Below are positions 38,088 to 49,159 of a stretch of DNA of 64,000 nt, in pieces. Source of the DNA: Terriglobia bacterium (GTDB lineage: Bacteria > Acidobacteriota > Terriglobia > UBA7540 > JAPUME01); NCBI GenBank assembly GCA_965237895.1, contig CBDEGR010000002.1, positions 1,350,132 to 1,414,131 on the forward strand, given 5' to 3'. The position numbers were made by a program, and so were the translations under genes. Each line of letters starts with the position of its first letter. Within the stretch, counting starts at the first letter, position 1. The notes beneath the pieces were generated by a model. It was not told where the DNA came from. It worked only from the letters and a program-made list of their open reading frames with translations, and did no database searches.

Positions 38088-39131
38088 TTAAGCCGGAGCG
38101 GCTTCGGCTTCAATCACGCTCACCGCCGATTCAGTCGGCACGACCCGTGTGAGTCGGAAGCCTGCCTCGCCCAGCAGTGCGCCGTACTGCTCTTCCGTCC
38201 GCTCCCCTCCCCCAGGCACCGCGAGCATGACCATGTCCAGCAACTTGCCCGGATGCGGAGTGTCGCCGGTCGGCAGCACCATCTCAATGATTAACAACCT
38301 GCTGCTGGGTTTCTTCATTGCCTTGCGACAATTCTTCAGGATCGTGAGGCATTGATCCTCCGTCCAGTCATGAATAATGTGCGAAAGGAGATACGCGTCC
38401 CCGTCCCCCGGGACTCTTTCAAAAAAAGTACCCTTCTCGATGGTGATGCGATCTGCCAGCCCCCGTCCCTCGATCAGCGTAGTCGCATCCCGGATAACGT
38501 GCGGCAGGTCGAACAACACACCGCGTGCCTTCGGATACCGCGTGAGAATTGCGGTGAGTAGATTGCCCGTCGCGCCGCCGACATCCACGATGGTCTCGAA
38601 GTGGGAGAAGTCGTAGGCCGCGGCAACCGCGGGCGGCTCGCCGCTGTGGAAACCGATCATGGCCTCGCTGAAATATGAGGCTTCCTGTGGATGGGTGGCG
38701 AGGAACTCAAAGAGCGGCATGCCCCAGGCTTTTTCCATCGCCGTGTTGCCGGTTTCAATCGCGTGGGGAAACTCCTCCCATATGCGCCAAGACCACTGGC
38801 CGGCGAGGGCCAAAATGGTGGATCGCGCCGAGCCGGGCGCACCGGTCTGGAGCGCTTCACCGAGCGGCGTAAGCGCAAAACGGCGGTCCGCACGCTCCGA
38901 CAGGATGCTGAGGCTCGCCAGTGTGCGCATCAATCGGTGTAACGAATTGGAATGCATACCGGTCGGCGGGGCCAGTTCGGCGGCGCTCTTCGATCCTTCC
39001 GCCAGATGATCGGCGAGACTAATCTGGGCGGCGACAAACACGACGCGCGATACCCAATAGGCTGTGCCCATCTGGATCAGTTGGACGTGGGGTGGTGGGG
39101 TTTCAACTCTGTTGTTACCGTGCTCTGGCAT
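38088..39131 (-). CDS. class I SAM-dependent O-methyltransferase (Methyltransf_2 with N-terminal dimerisation/wHTH domain)
   Basis: 347 aa. The N-terminal part reads LADHLAEGSKSAAELA. SAM motif VDVGGATGNL, plus the LSHIIHDW motif. Confidence 0.85.
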   Translation of the reverse strand: MPEHGNNRVETPPPHVQLIQMGTAYWVSRVVFVAAQISLADHLAEGSKSAAELAPPTGMHSNSLHRLMRTLASLSILSERADRRFALTPLGEALQTGAPGSARSTILALAGQWSWRIWEEFPHAIETGNTAMEKAWGMPLFEFLATHPQEASYFSEAMIGFHSGEPPAVAAAYDFSHFETIVDVGGATGNLLTAILTRYPKARGVLFDLPHVIRDATTLIEGRGLADRITIEKGTFFERVPGDGDAYLLSHIIHDWTEDQCLTILKNCRKAMKKPSSRLLIIEMVLPTGDTPHPGKLLDMVMLAVPGGGERTEEQYGALLGEAGFRLTRVVPTESAVSVIEAEAAPA

Positions 39132-39433
39132 GTCACATTCCTCCGGGTCCGGCGCTAGGCATACCGGATACCCGCTTGCCTACATCGAGGCCGGCGAACA
39201 GTTAACAGTGAATGAATATATCGATCGGCGTAGTATTCCAGTTGCCCGCATAAGACGCAAGCGGAAATCGGGCCCTCCGTCATTCGCCTGCCGCGGGTGG
39301 CGCATCTATGAAGGGGGCAGCGGTGTGTGCGTTGATGACAATCCATTTTCCTCACCCTTGGCAGCCTGTCCTCCGAAGCCCGAAGGGCGGAGGGGGAAGC
39401 CAATGATGGGGCACCTGGTAGATCAAAATCACT

Positions 39434-39703
39434 CTACTGAACCACAGCCTCCAGTACAGGATTAAAGACGTACTTCTCGATCCCGCCCCAGAAGCCTAAA
39501 GATTCCGATTCGTTTTCATCGGTGAGTGAACCTCCGTTTCTTACCATCACCAAGTCGAGACTCGGCACGACGAGCAGCACCTGCGGCTGAGCGCCGGCGC
39601 CGGCAAAGGCGTCCCATTGAAGGGGCATTTCGGCGCGGTCGAATCCCAGCGTCTCCGGCGATCCGGTCTCCCACTTGGGGTTAGCGGCGAAGACAGCGAG
39701 GGC
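39434..39703 (-). pseudogene. remnant of a serine hydrolase (beta-lactamase-fold) gene with the middle deleted
   Basis: The open frame reads ALAVFAANPKWETGSPETLGFDRAE (N-terminal-type sequence). It joins directly to WDAFAGAGAQPQVLLVVPSLDLVMVRNGG (C-terminal-type sequence). No SxxK region is present. Confidence 0.4.
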
Positions 39704-39786
39704 TCACAAATAAAACGAACACCACCGGCAGACCTGGGCGTAAAATTCCTCGCCACAATTTCCGTATTTCAATACCTTGCCTTGCT

Positions 39787-40629
39787 CTACCTTTGCGCTT
39801 GGAAGACGTCCAGCATGGGCACCGGCCCGCCGCTGGTGACCACGTTGGGCATCACGCCGTTCCACTTCTCCACGGCGGTTCGCTGTACTTCGATCTGCCG
39901 CAAGCGGATCAACATCGGTGTGATCTGTGATTTTTGGAGCTGGAGTCCTCGCGCTTCCGCCTGGGCCCGGGCGATTTGCTGTTTCGCTTCAAACTGGACG
40001 CGGATCAGGGCGTTCTCGGCCTCGAGGGCTTGCTGGACCGCTGTCACCTTCGCCTCGATGGCCGCCTGGAAGGCCGTTGAGAATTGAAAGTCGGTGATGG
40101 AGAGTTGCACAACGCCCATACCACGTGGAGCTAACCTTTCAGTTACCAAATTTTGAAGTTCCTCTTTCACCGCCGGCCTCTGCGTGATCAACTCCTCGGC
40201 GTTGTAGTTGGCCGTGGTAGATTTGACCGCCTCCTGAATGTACGGCTGGATGATCCGGTTTTCATAATCCCCTCGCAGAGAGGAATAAATTTCCCCCACT
40301 TGGCTGGCGTTCAACTGGTAGTTCAGGGTGACTTCGGTCGAGACCACCTGCAAGTCCTTGCTGGAGGAGGTGGCCGGAGCGGTGTATTTCTGAATCTGGG
40401 TTGGCAACATAATCACCCGATCCATGAAAGGGACCATGAAATAGAGACCTGGGTCTTTAGTCCCCCCGTCCACTACCTCTCCAAAACGCAGTAAGACGCC
40501 TCGTTCTCCTGCCTGGACCGTCCCAAAGGTTGCGGTCAGCAAGATAAAAGCGGCAAAGACGATTACTATCCACACGATTTTCTTCCCCAATCCGGGGGGA
40601 AGTCCCAATTCTTGAGCAGCGCTGTTCAT
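39787..40629 (-). CDS. prohibitin-type SPFH domain protein
   Basis: 280 aa. N-terminal TM helix, then VQAGERGVLLRFGEV..., NYNAEELITQRP, and a coiled coil with AEARGLQLQ. Confidence 0.85.
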   Translation of the reverse strand: MNSAAQELGLPPGLGKKIVWIVIVFAAFILLTATFGTVQAGERGVLLRFGEVVDGGTKDPGLYFMVPFMDRVIMLPTQIQKYTAPATSSSKDLQVVSTEVTLNYQLNASQVGEIYSSLRGDYENRIIQPYIQEAVKSTTANYNAEELITQRPAVKEELQNLVTERLAPRGMGVVQLSITDFQFSTAFQAAIEAKVTAVQQALEAENALIRVQFEAKQQIARAQAEARGLQLQKSQITPMLIRLRQIEVQRTAVEKWNGVMPNVVTSGGPVPMLDVFQAQR

Positions 40630-40973
40630 TATACGTTCTCCTTCTTTGTCGGCATTTGGAATTCTGCAGTTGTACTTTGAACTAGATCATAGGCGGATTG
40701 CCCGTCGGAGTCCAGTCGGGGAAGTGAATATATCGGCAATTTGTCTTTTTGCAGGCGTAAAGCGGGGAGAGAGAGCTGAAGACTACGCTGCTATGACTCG
40801 GCGTTCCCTTTCTTGGCTATTGTGAAAACAGCCGCCGCAAAATGATCCGGCTTGCGCCGACCGCCGCATAGGGCGACCGGATTGGGTTGACAAGAGCACG
40901 GAGGCGGCCTCGAGCGTCTCGCCGACACCGAAGACGATCAAATCGGATATTTCGACCTACGTTTATGGGCACT

Positions 40974-41960
40974 TTAAGGAGACGAAATATCCGTGTGAAA
41001 AGCGGTACTTTGTGCCGGGTGGTTTGGAACAGGGAAATTCTGCCGGGCTTTTTGCAGGTCTTTTGTGACTTCCTCCCGAATCGAAGTCAGCGTATTTTTC
41101 AGTGACTCTTGAGGGACCGACTCCACGATTTCCCTCATCAGCCATTTCAGCCCGAAGGGAATGACGCGGCTCAGGCTGACGGACTCGCATTCGACGAACA
41201 CCCCCGCCTCATCTTCCTGAAATCGCCAATAGGAGTTGAGCCGCCAGAGGAAGCCTCTGTCTTGGCCGGAGGGCTTTTCCGTCTCCTGTTCGGTATCGGG
41301 TTCCTTGAGTTCGGCGATTTTCGTGGTGAAGCTGAAAGAAGACATACGCCGCGCATCGTGACGGCAGTACCGGGCGGTGTGGTCCGAGTTGAAGAAGACC
41401 GTGATGAACTTCTTCTTCCGTTTCAGGCGGAGGTAGATTTTAAATTCGTCGCCCTCGCGCGAGAGCAACTTGGAGGCCTTGACTTCTTTGAAATACTTGT
41501 AGTGGCTGTCGTAATTCTGAATCCAGGCCATCAGCCGTTCGAGTTTTACTCCCGGTACGTAGCCCGAACCGACCCAGTGGTGAATCATTCCGTCCGGGAC
41601 CGGGACGTTCTCGCCGTCTTCCTTCTTGGTCCTTAATTTTTGGATTAAAATCTCCCCCTTCTTTATCTTGTCGCGCGCTTCTTTGCTTTCCTCGAGAAAG
41701 TCCGTCACAAGGAATTTGTCCGATTCCTTCCAGTCCACCTCCTGGGCCACGCGTTTTTCCGTCAGTTCAATATAGGTTTCCCAGGATTTAAGCGTATGGG
41801 GTTGGAGCCTCGCCGCCGGAATGTCTTGCGGGAAGAATACGCTCAGGGTCAGGGCGGGCAGGATCAGGAGAGAAATGCGCGTTCCGGCCGGCTTGGGGCG
41901 AGGTGGGGTGCGGGCGTCGGCGCAGGCTGGGGCGGCCACAGAGAGAGAGCGGAATCCCAC
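40974..41960 (-). CDS. hypothetical exported protein
   Basis: 328-aa ORF with coding-like composition and an N-terminal hydrophobic stretch (ISLLILPALTLSVFF). No family recognised and the start is uncertain. Confidence 0.45.
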   Translation of the reverse strand: MGFRSLSVAAPACADARTPPRPKPAGTRISLLILPALTLSVFFPQDIPAARLQPHTLKSWETYIELTEKRVAQEVDWKESDKFLVTDFLEESKEARDKIKKGEILIQKLRTKKEDGENVPVPDGMIHHWVGSGYVPGVKLERLMAWIQNYDSHYKYFKEVKASKLLSREGDEFKIYLRLKRKKKFITVFFNSDHTARYCRHDARRMSSFSFTTKIAELKEPDTEQETEKPSGQDRGFLWRLNSYWRFQEDEAGVFVECESVSLSRVIPFGLKWLMREIVESVPQESLKNTLTSIREEVTKDLQKARQNFPVPNHPAQSTAFHTDISSP

Positions 41961-42008
41961 GATCCAGGAGCCCAGAAGATGCCGTCGCTGTCGGGGCCTA
42001 TATATTTT

Positions 42009-42713
42009 TTATCTCTCTAAAGTGAACTTGGCTTTCAAGCTGATGCGCCTGCTTTTGATGCGAAATTCCATTTGGGGATTTTGGGGATTGATCAAGGGTG
42101 CTCCTTCTCTCGTCCGAGGGAAAAAGAAGTGCACGGCGGCCGTGGCGCCTTCGCCGCTCCGTTCGACCTCGGCCGGGTTTACCTGGATGTGCCGGGTCTT
42201 GAGAATAGCCACTGTCATCAAACGCTCCTCGGGAATTTTTTGCAGCGCGGTTTTGCCGGACCGGCGCGGGACCACGGCTTTGACGGTAATCACGTAACGG
42301 TCCTCGGGAAGCCGAGGGGGCGGGGACTGGTATCGCGCGCTGACTCCCAGTTCCAGTTCCTGGAGCCGGGTAAAGGCCGCCGCCACCGGCCGGGCGGACT
42401 CCAAGCGGACCAGGAAGGTAGAGTTGGGAAATCCCTTCCGATTCCGAGTGTTGCGGGGGTTCCGCCTGCGCCTCTCGGGGAAGCGCGTATTCCTGCCGGC
42501 GTCCGCGGAGCGCGAATCCGGCCGCAGGGCTATTCTGTTCACCACAACCATATTTTTCTTCGCCCAGGGAGAGTTTTGGAGAACTTCCAAAGCCTCCTCG
42601 GCGGGCGGCTTCTTCTTCCAGTCTTTCCCTTCGAGAGGAGCTGCGCCTACCGCAATGGTGAAGACGAGGGCGGCGAAACAGGAAAGGCTGGACTTAATTC
42701 GAGCGGGCATCAT
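42009..42713 (-). CDS. hypothetical secreted protein
   Basis: 234 aa. Signal peptide SLSCFAALVFTIAVGAAP and an LQNSPWAKK motif near the N-terminus. No family confidently recognised. Confidence 0.45.
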   Translation of the reverse strand: MMPARIKSSLSCFAALVFTIAVGAAPLEGKDWKKKPPAEEALEVLQNSPWAKKNMVVVNRIALRPDSRSADAGRNTRFPERRRRNPRNTRNRKGFPNSTFLVRLESARPVAAAFTRLQELELGVSARYQSPPPRLPEDRYVITVKAVVPRRSGKTALQKIPEERLMTVAILKTRHIQVNPAEVERSGEGATAAVHFFFPRTREGAPLINPQNPQMEFRIKSRRISLKAKFTLER

Positions 42714-42917
42714 AATTCATCAATGAATAAAGGATTTATCCTCACCTAGTTCGATGCAGGGATATGTTCCCCGATTGCCGTAATCTTAAGCCCCGCCGGT
42801 CGGTAAGTCAATGTGCCGGTGGGAGTTCCGATCCTCGAGTGACAATAACGGATTGCCTCGAAGATACGCCTCTTCTTCCTGGAGCGCCCATTCGAGCGGA
42901 AGCGACTGCGGGAGTTT

Positions 42918-43271
42918 TTGCAGGCGATTCGCGGCGTTTCGCTCGAAGAGCGCTGAGACTACGAGCGCGTGCCGGTGGAGAAGGCAAAGATTCTTTGCCG
43001 TTGGCCGGGCAATAAAATGTGGGGGCGCATCGTCAACATGAGCTCGAAGGGGCTGCTCATGGCTCTGGGGAAAGCCCCGCTGGTGAAGCAGAAAATAAAG
43101 GTGGAGTTCAGTTTGTCGGGTTGTCCCGAGGGCTTCGATCTTTTCGCCAAGGGAATCCGGGTGAAGGAGGGTGACGAATCGGATCAGCACGTCGCGATTC
43201 GCTTTCTTCAGCCGGTGGACCACCTCCGCGATTATTTGGTGGATCAGATGGGACCGGCCGCCGCGGACTAA
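42918..43271 (+). CDS. PilZ domain protein with an in-frame TGA in the RRxxxR motif
   Basis: From TTG 42918: (M)QAIRGVSLEER[TGA 42954-42956]DYERVPVEKAKILC...GRIVNMSSKGLLM. The N-x-S-x-x-G half of the c-di-GMP site is intact. The other half would read RRDYER if the TGA were Arg. The annotated ORF restarts at GTG 42969. Confidence 0.5.
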
Positions 43272-43505
43272 ATAAAGCCTGTAAACCGAGTTCCCTACGA
43301 GGTGGCTCCTGCTCAGTGAGCCGCCTCTCTTTTTTCCGCAAAAGCAGTACGATTATTTCCCCGCCGCTCTCCGATTCCTCTTGTCCTGGACGATCTCCTT
43401 CTCCATAATGGGGGATATCCTTTTAGACCTTGGAGAGTTCAGAAATCGGTCATTTAGCCATCTGTTATCTTGATGGAATCGATGGTATAGGCCGAGGAGG
43501 TTGCT

Positions 43506-44171
43506 GTGAAGCGTCGGATGGCGGGAATTTCTCTTCTTTTGCTGTTCCTTTTTCCTTTTGCCGCGGTATCTGAAGACGAAGCGGGGGAAGACGAAGCGGG
43601 ATTCATCTCCCTGTTTGACGGGAAGACGCTCAACGGGTGGACGCTCGCTCGGAAACGAGGGGCGGGCTATGCCGTCGAGAACGGAATGCTGGTTTGTCTC
43701 GAAGGCGGAGGAGGGAATCTCTATTCGGAGAAAGAGTACGCGAATTTTGCCTTTCGCTTTGAATTTCGTCTCGAGGAGGGCGGCAATAACGGCGTCGGCA
43801 TCCGCGCGCCGCTCGAAGGCGTCGCTGCTTATGTGGGGATGGAGATCCAAATTCTGGATGACACGGCGGAACGATACGGCAAACTCCTGCCCGCTCAATA
43901 CCACGGGTCGATCTACAAGGTGTTTCCCGCCCAGCAAGGACATCTGAAGAAGACCGGTGAGTGGAACGAAGAGGAGATTCTGGCCGATGGCCGCCGCGTC
44001 CGAGTGACGTTGAATGGGGCCGTCATTGTTGATGCGGATCTTGATTCGGTCAAGGACCCGGCAATCTTGAAAGAACATCCGGGGCTGGCGAATAAGAAGG
44101 GGCATATCGGTTTTCTGGGCCACAATCACCGGGTCGAGTTCCGAAACATCCGTATTAAAGAGTTGCCCTAA
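43506..44171 (+). CDS. DUF1080 (3-keto-disaccharide hydrolase-like) secreted protein
   Basis: 221 aa. Signal peptide, [16 protein letters not shown]-type core (NNGVGIR), and [22 protein letters not shown]. Confidence 0.85.
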   Translation: MKRRMAGISLLLLFLFPFAAVSEDEAGEDEAGFISLFDGKTLNGWTLARKRGAGYAVENGMLVCLEGGGGNLYSEKEYANFAFRFEFRLEEGGNNGVGIRAPLEGVAAYVGMEIQILDDTAERYGKLLPAQYHGSIYKVFPAQQGHLKKTGEWNEEEILADGRRVRVTLNGAVIVDADLDSVKDPAILKEHPGLANKKGHIGFLGHNHRVEFRNIRIKELP

Positions 44172-44258
44172 GGGGAGCTGTCTTTCGTCGGCGACACCCT
44201 GTTGGTGGGGGGCAGAAATGGACGGAAATTACGAATTTCAAAGGGAGGAATCCTCAAC

Positions 44259-45257
44259 ATGCCAAAGGACAATTTCGGGTTGACAGAGAAAGTTAAAGTT
44301 CAAGTAGAAGCAGGCGGGGAAAACTCGCGCAGAAAATTTCTCAGGAAATCGGCCGCGGCAGTGGGAGGAATCTGGGCTGCCGGAAACGTTCCGGCCCAGA
44401 CGGGTTCTTCGGCCGTGGCGGCTCCTGCGCCCTACGTGCCGGCCGTTTCCAAGCGGCCGGGAATGAAGAAGTCGCTGAAGTTCGGCATGGTGAAGACGGA
44501 CGGAACGATTCTGGAGAAGTTCAAGCTGTTGAAAGAAGTCGGGTTCGACGGGGTCGAGCTGGATAGTCCGAGCGACTTGGACGTAAAAGAGATTCTGAAG
44601 GCGCAGGATGCGACGGGCCTCGAGATTCCGGGCGTGGTTGATTCCGTGCACTGGAGGAAACCGCTCTCCGACGCCGACCCGGCCGTCCGTGCCCAAGGCT
44701 TGGAGGGTCTCCAGACGGCCCTGCGGGATTGCAAAACCTATGGCGGGACAACCGTCCTCCTGGTGCCGGCCGTGGTGAGCAAAGAGGTCTCTTACGATGA
44801 GGCTTACACCCGCTCGCAGGCGGAAATCCGCCAGGCGCTGCCTCTGGCTGAGAAACTGGGGATCAAGATCGCCATTGAGAACGTATGGAACAAATTCCTG
44901 CTGAGCCCGCTCGAGGCGGCCCGCTATGTGGACGAGTTCAAGAGCCCCTTGGTGGGCTGGTATTTGGATATTGGGAATATCGTTACTTACTGCTGGCCGG
45001 AGCATTGGGCTCAGATTCTGAACCAGCGTGTCATGAAGTTGGATATTAAGGAGTTTAGCCGGAAGAAGAGCAATGAGGTCGGACTCCGGGCCGGGTTCCG
45101 GGTGAAGCTGCTGGAAGGCGACTGTGACTGGCCGGCTGTGATGAAGGCGATCGATGAGATTGGTTACCGCGGCTGGGGGTCGGCGGAGATTCCCGGCGGC
45201 GGGCCCGAGCGGCTGCGCGAGATTGTGGAGCGGATGGACCGGATTTACGCCAGTTAA
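44259..45257 (+). CDS. Tat-exported sugar phosphate isomerase/epimerase (xylose isomerase-like TIM barrel)
   Basis: AGGGAGG RBS then ATG 44259. SRRKFLRKSAAAVGG Tat motif. Contains GFDGVELD, IAIENVWN and LDIGN motifs. Confidence 0.85.
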   Translation: MPKDNFGLTEKVKVQVEAGGENSRRKFLRKSAAAVGGIWAAGNVPAQTGSSAVAAPAPYVPAVSKRPGMKKSLKFGMVKTDGTILEKFKLLKEVGFDGVELDSPSDLDVKEILKAQDATGLEIPGVVDSVHWRKPLSDADPAVRAQGLEGLQTALRDCKTYGGTTVLLVPAVVSKEVSYDEAYTRSQAEIRQALPLAEKLGIKIAIENVWNKFLLSPLEAARYVDEFKSPLVGWYLDIGNIVTYCWPEHWAQILNQRVMKLDIKEFSRKKSNEVGLRAGFRVKLLEGDCDWPAVMKAIDEIGYRGWGSAEIPGGGPERLREIVERMDRIYAS

Positions 45258-45278
45258 GCCGAGGGGGGAGATGCCTCC

Positions 45279-46903
45279 TTACCCCAGCGCCAATTCAAAA
45301 ACGGAATAGGACTGGGCCGGGACCTTAAAGTTCATCCGAGAACCGGCCCGTGGAGGCTCCAAATTCTGAGGGGCCACACGGTTCGGCTCCTCGAAGGTGT
45401 TGAAGGCCTTCAGGTCCGGCCCGGTCAGAACCTTGGCGGCCCGCACGCGTTTCGGGGCCGCCTCCCGCCATACGACTTCGAATTCCCGCTCCTTGGCGAA
45501 GTCGCGATTCAGGACAAATAGCGAGAGGATCCCTTTTTTCCGGTCCAGGGTTCCGGCCACGTCCAGATAGGGTACCGGACCCGGACCTGGACCGCGGCCG
45601 AGTTTACTCACTTCATAGGTTTCCGATTCCACCGCCAAATCCAGGACTTCACCCTTTGCATGTTCCAGTGCCCATGCGTAAGGGTAGTAGGTGGGATGCT
45701 TCATGAGCCCTTCCTTGCTGGTGGTAATCGGGGCGATGACGTTTATCAGTTGGGCGAGGCAGCCCAGCCGGACCCGGGCGGCGTGGCGAAGCAGTGTATT
45801 GACGATGCCGCCGACCAGTAAGGCATCCTCCAGATTGTAGACTTCCTCCAGAAGCCGAGGGGCGAACTGCTGGCGGCCGTTCGTCGGGTCGCCCTTGTAC
45901 CAGACGTTCCATTCGTCGAAGGAGAGCCAGAGGCGTTTTCGGCTTCGCTGGCGACCGCGCACCAGGTCCGCTACCGCGGTTACCTCACGAATCTGGCGCT
46001 CCATGGTCAGATTCAAGGCGAAGAATTTACTGCTGTCCCCTCCGGTCTCTTCGCCGTTTCCGAAATAGCGGTGGAGCGATATGGCGTCCACTTCGTTTAG
46101 CACTCTTCAAGGATCTCCCGGTCCCAAGTGAGGTAGGTGGACATGAAAGTGCCGCTTGACCCGCAAGCGACCAACTGAAGTGAGCGGTCCACGGTACGCA
46201 TCTGGCGGGCCGCATCGGCGGCCTTGCGGCCGTATTCGCGGGCGGTCATGTGGCCCATCTGCCAGTGACCGTCCATCTCATTTCCTAAGCCCCAATATTT
46301 CACCCCGTGCGGGGCGGCCAGGCCGTGCTCGTGGCGCAGATTGCTCCATTCGGTGCCTTTTTCCAGGTTGCAGTATTCCACCCATGCGGCGGCCATCTCC
46401 GGAGTCCCGGTGCCGAGGTTCACCGCCAGGAGCGGCTCGGTACCGACGGCTCGGCACCAGGCAATGAACTCATTGGTCCCGAACTGGTTTGTTTCCAATG
46501 AATTCCAGGCCTTTTCGAGCACCGTAGGCCGTTTTTCCTTCGGTCCCACCCCATCCAGCCAGTTGTAGCCGGAGACAAAATTGCCGCCGGGGTAACGGAT
46601 GATCGGAACTCCAAGCTTTTTGACTTCTTCGATTACGTCTTTCCGAAAGCCGTTTGAATCGGAAAGCGTCGAGCCCGGCTCGTAAAGTCCCCCATAGATG
46701 GCGCGGCCCAGGTGCTCGATAAAAGCTCCCAGGGTGCGGCGGTCAAGCCGGGTCAGGGTTCGGGCCCGGTCCACGATGACCCGCGCCGGACGAGACGAGG
46801 CGGGCTTGGCATGGGCCGGTTTCACCCCAGATAACCCGCCAGCCCAGGTAATGCCCGCAGCCGCAGCTTTTTGAAGGAAATGCCGCCTGTCAAAGAAATA
46901 CAT
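45279..46903 (-). pseudogene. GH51 alpha-L-arabinofuranosidase, split by a 1-nt frameshift
   Basis: N-terminal half (46903-46097): RRHFLQKAAAAG Tat signal, IIRYPGGNFVSGYNW, WGLGNEMDG. It ends ...WDREILEEC*. C-terminal half (46103-45279): (L)NEVDAISLHRY...LSFDEWNVW. The junction GAGTGCTAAACGAAGTGGAC would be continuous with one extra C. Confidence 0.8.
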
Positions 46904-47042
46904 AGGGAACCTCTCAGTGGAATCTCTCCCTCAACCCGTGGCGGGGCGGAGCCTGCTTCCAGCAGAAGCGGAATTGCTTATTGTCGGTTTCTTTGAGGCT
47001 AGATTACAATAGGGTTTTGATGGTTTCGTGGGGGGAAACCGG

Positions 47043-47071
47043 TTGACAAAGATTTCCCTCTCAAGTACAAC
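47043..47071 (+). promoter_or_regulatory. candidate promoter of the rplM-rpsI operon
   Basis: TTGACA (47043-47048), 17-nt spacer, TACAAC (47066-47071), about 55 nt upstream of the rplM GTG start. Confidence 0.35.
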
Positions 47072-47124
47072 TACTTCAATCCCTGTTTTTTGCGGAGTTA
47101 GGTAGGGATGGAGTAAGGGTCTGA

Positions 47125-47559
47125 GTGAATACGTACATTCCGAAGGGTAATCAACGAAAACTGTCCTGGAAGCTGGTAGATGCCGAGGGTTGGATCCTGG
47201 GGCGACTGGCCACCCGAGTGGCAACCATTTTGAGCGGCAAGGATTCTCCGCAATTCACGCCGTTTTTGGAGAGCGGCTGCGGGGTCATTGTCATCAATGC
47301 CGAGAAGGTCCGCCTGACCGGCAAGAAGCTGCAGAAGAAGATCTACCGGCACCATACGGGCTATCCCGGTGGGCTGAAGGAAATTCGCGCCGACCGGCAG
47401 ATGGCCCGGCATCCGGAGCGAGTGGTGCGGGATGCCGTTCTGGGAATGTTGCCGAAAACGAAGCTGGGAAATCGAATGGCACACCATCTGCGCATCTATC
47501 AGGGTTCGGTGCATCCCCATGCGGGGCAGCAGCCCGCCCCGACGAGGCTTGAAGCGTAA
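47125..47559 (+). CDS. rplM: 50S ribosomal protein L13
   Basis: 144 aa. WKLVDAEGWILGRLATRVATILSGK, HHTGYPGGLKE. Confidence 0.93.
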   Translation: MNTYIPKGNQRKLSWKLVDAEGWILGRLATRVATILSGKDSPQFTPFLESGCGVIVINAEKVRLTGKKLQKKIYRHHTGYPGGLKEIRADRQMARHPERVVRDAVLGMLPKTKLGNRMAHHLRIYQGSVHPHAGQQPAPTRLEA

Positions 47560-47598
47560 GAGCGGACGTGCGGAACGTCGGCAAGTTGAGGAATTGAG

Positions 47599-47994
47599 TT
47601 GACGGATTTGAATCGGTACATGGCAACCGGGCGCAGGAAGACTGCTGTCGCGCGTGTGGTGATGCGGCCCGGAGGAGGCAAGGTGAGGGTCAACGGCCGC
47701 CGCCTGGAGGATTACTTCCCGTTGGAGGGAATGCGCGCCGCAGTGCGTCGGCCGCTGGAGGTGACGGAAAACGTCGAAAAATTCGACCTTCGGGTGAAAG
47801 TTTTCGGTGGAGGCGTCCACGGCCAGGCGCATGCGGTCCGACTGGGAGTCGCGCGGGCTCTGTTGATCTATGATCCGGAGTTGCGCCCGAAATTGCGCCA
47901 AAGCGGATTTCTCACCCGCGATCCTCGCGCCAAGGAAAGAAAGAAGTACGGTCAAAAGGGAGCCCGCAAACGCTTCCAGTTCTCGAAGCGGTAA
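47599..47994 (+). CDS. rpsI: 30S ribosomal protein S9
   Basis: 131 aa. [12 protein letters not shown]...[19 protein letters not shown]...[25 protein letters not shown]. Confidence 0.93.
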   Translation: MTDLNRYMATGRRKTAVARVVMRPGGGKVRVNGRRLEDYFPLEGMRAAVRRPLEVTENVEKFDLRVKVFGGGVHGQAHAVRLGVARALLIYDPELRPKLRQSGFLTRDPRAKERKKYGQKGARKRFQFSKR

Positions 47995-48101
47995 GACGTA
48001 TCTCTTCATCCTTCCCTGCCGAACATCCTGCCGGTTTTTCGGGAGCCGTTTTCCCGGACGGTGTGCCTTTATTTCGAGGAGGTTGGTTGGTCAACATCAG
48101 C

Positions 48102-49010
48102 ATGAAAGATTTTCTGGAGGCGGGGGTGCACTTCGGGCACCAGACCTCCCGCTGGAACCCAAAGATGAAGGAGTTTATCTACGGGGAACGGAACGGAATC
48201 TACATCGTCGACCTCCAGAAGACGCTCCGGCAGTTTCGTGAAGCGTCCCAGTTTGTGGCGCAGTTGGCGAGCGAAGGCAAGACGCTTCTGATGGTGGGAA
48301 CCAAACGACAGGCGCAGGAAGCTGTTGCCGAGGAAGCGCGGCGCTGCGGAATGTATTACGTCAACCATCGCTGGCTGGGCGGGCTTCTGACGAACTTCTC
48401 CACGGTACAGCGTTCGATTCTCCGGCTGAAAGAGTTGGATGAGATGAGCAGTGACGGCCGCTACGAGCTTCTGACGAAAAAGGAAGTCCTGCGGCTGGAG
48501 CGGGAGCGGATGCGCTTGGAAGTGAATTTGGTGGGCATCAGGGATATGGAGGGTTTGCCCGATGCCATGTTCGTGATCGACAGCTTCAAGGAAGATATCG
48601 CTGTTTGCGAGGCCCGCAAGTTGGGAATTCCCGTGGTGGGCGTGGTGGATACGAATTGCGACCCGGACATGGTGGACTACGTGATTCCGGGCAATGACGA
48701 TGCGCTACGCGCCATTCGGCTGTTTTGTTCCCGGATTGCCGATGCGGTTCTCGAAGGCAGGCAGGTCGCCCTCGATAAGCAGATGGAAGAGGAGAAGTTG
48801 GCAGCCGAGCAAGCCGCCGAAGAGTTGGAGGCCTCCCGCGAGCAAGGTGCGCTGGAGATCGAGGGGGATGGAGCCGAGGCGCCGGCAGGCGAGTCTGTGG
48901 AGGAGGCGTATTCGCAGGTTGCCGTCGAAGATTTATCCGGAACCGCAGAAAAGGGTTCCGACGATGCTAAAAGCGTGCCCGAAGGCAAGAAAGACCCGGC
49001 GAATCCGTAG
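48102..49010 (+). CDS. rpsB: 30S ribosomal protein S2 (with acidic C-terminal extension)
   Basis: Start at ATG 48102. [33 protein letters not shown], and [19 protein letters not shown]. Confidence 0.93.
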   Translation: MKDFLEAGVHFGHQTSRWNPKMKEFIYGERNGIYIVDLQKTLRQFREASQFVAQLASEGKTLLMVGTKRQAQEAVAEEARRCGMYYVNHRWLGGLLTNFSTVQRSILRLKELDEMSSDGRYELLTKKEVLRLERERMRLEVNLVGIRDMEGLPDAMFVIDSFKEDIAVCEARKLGIPVVGVVDTNCDPDMVDYVIPGNDDALRAIRLFCSRIADAVLEGRQVALDKQMEEEKLAAEQAAEELEASREQGALEIEGDGAEAPAGESVEEAYSQVAVEDLSGTAEKGSDDAKSVPEGKKDPANP

Positions 49011-49159
49011 CAGAGAAAATAGGGCGCAAGCTTTCCAACCTATGGGAAGGCGCGTGACGAGCGGACCCCGGAAGGGGGGCTGTGAGCCTCCGGATCGGTT
49101 GTGCTGCTTCGAGCCGCGAATCCTTTGCTCACCTTCTGAAGGACCCAAATCGAAAACAT

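Noticed and set aside
42786-43223. 145-aa minus-strand ORF overlapping the PilZ gene.
   Set aside because: The plus strand carries both halves of the PilZ signature in one frame. The minus-strand product has no recognisable features, although part of it is not obviously low-complexity, so this rejection is moderate rather than firm.
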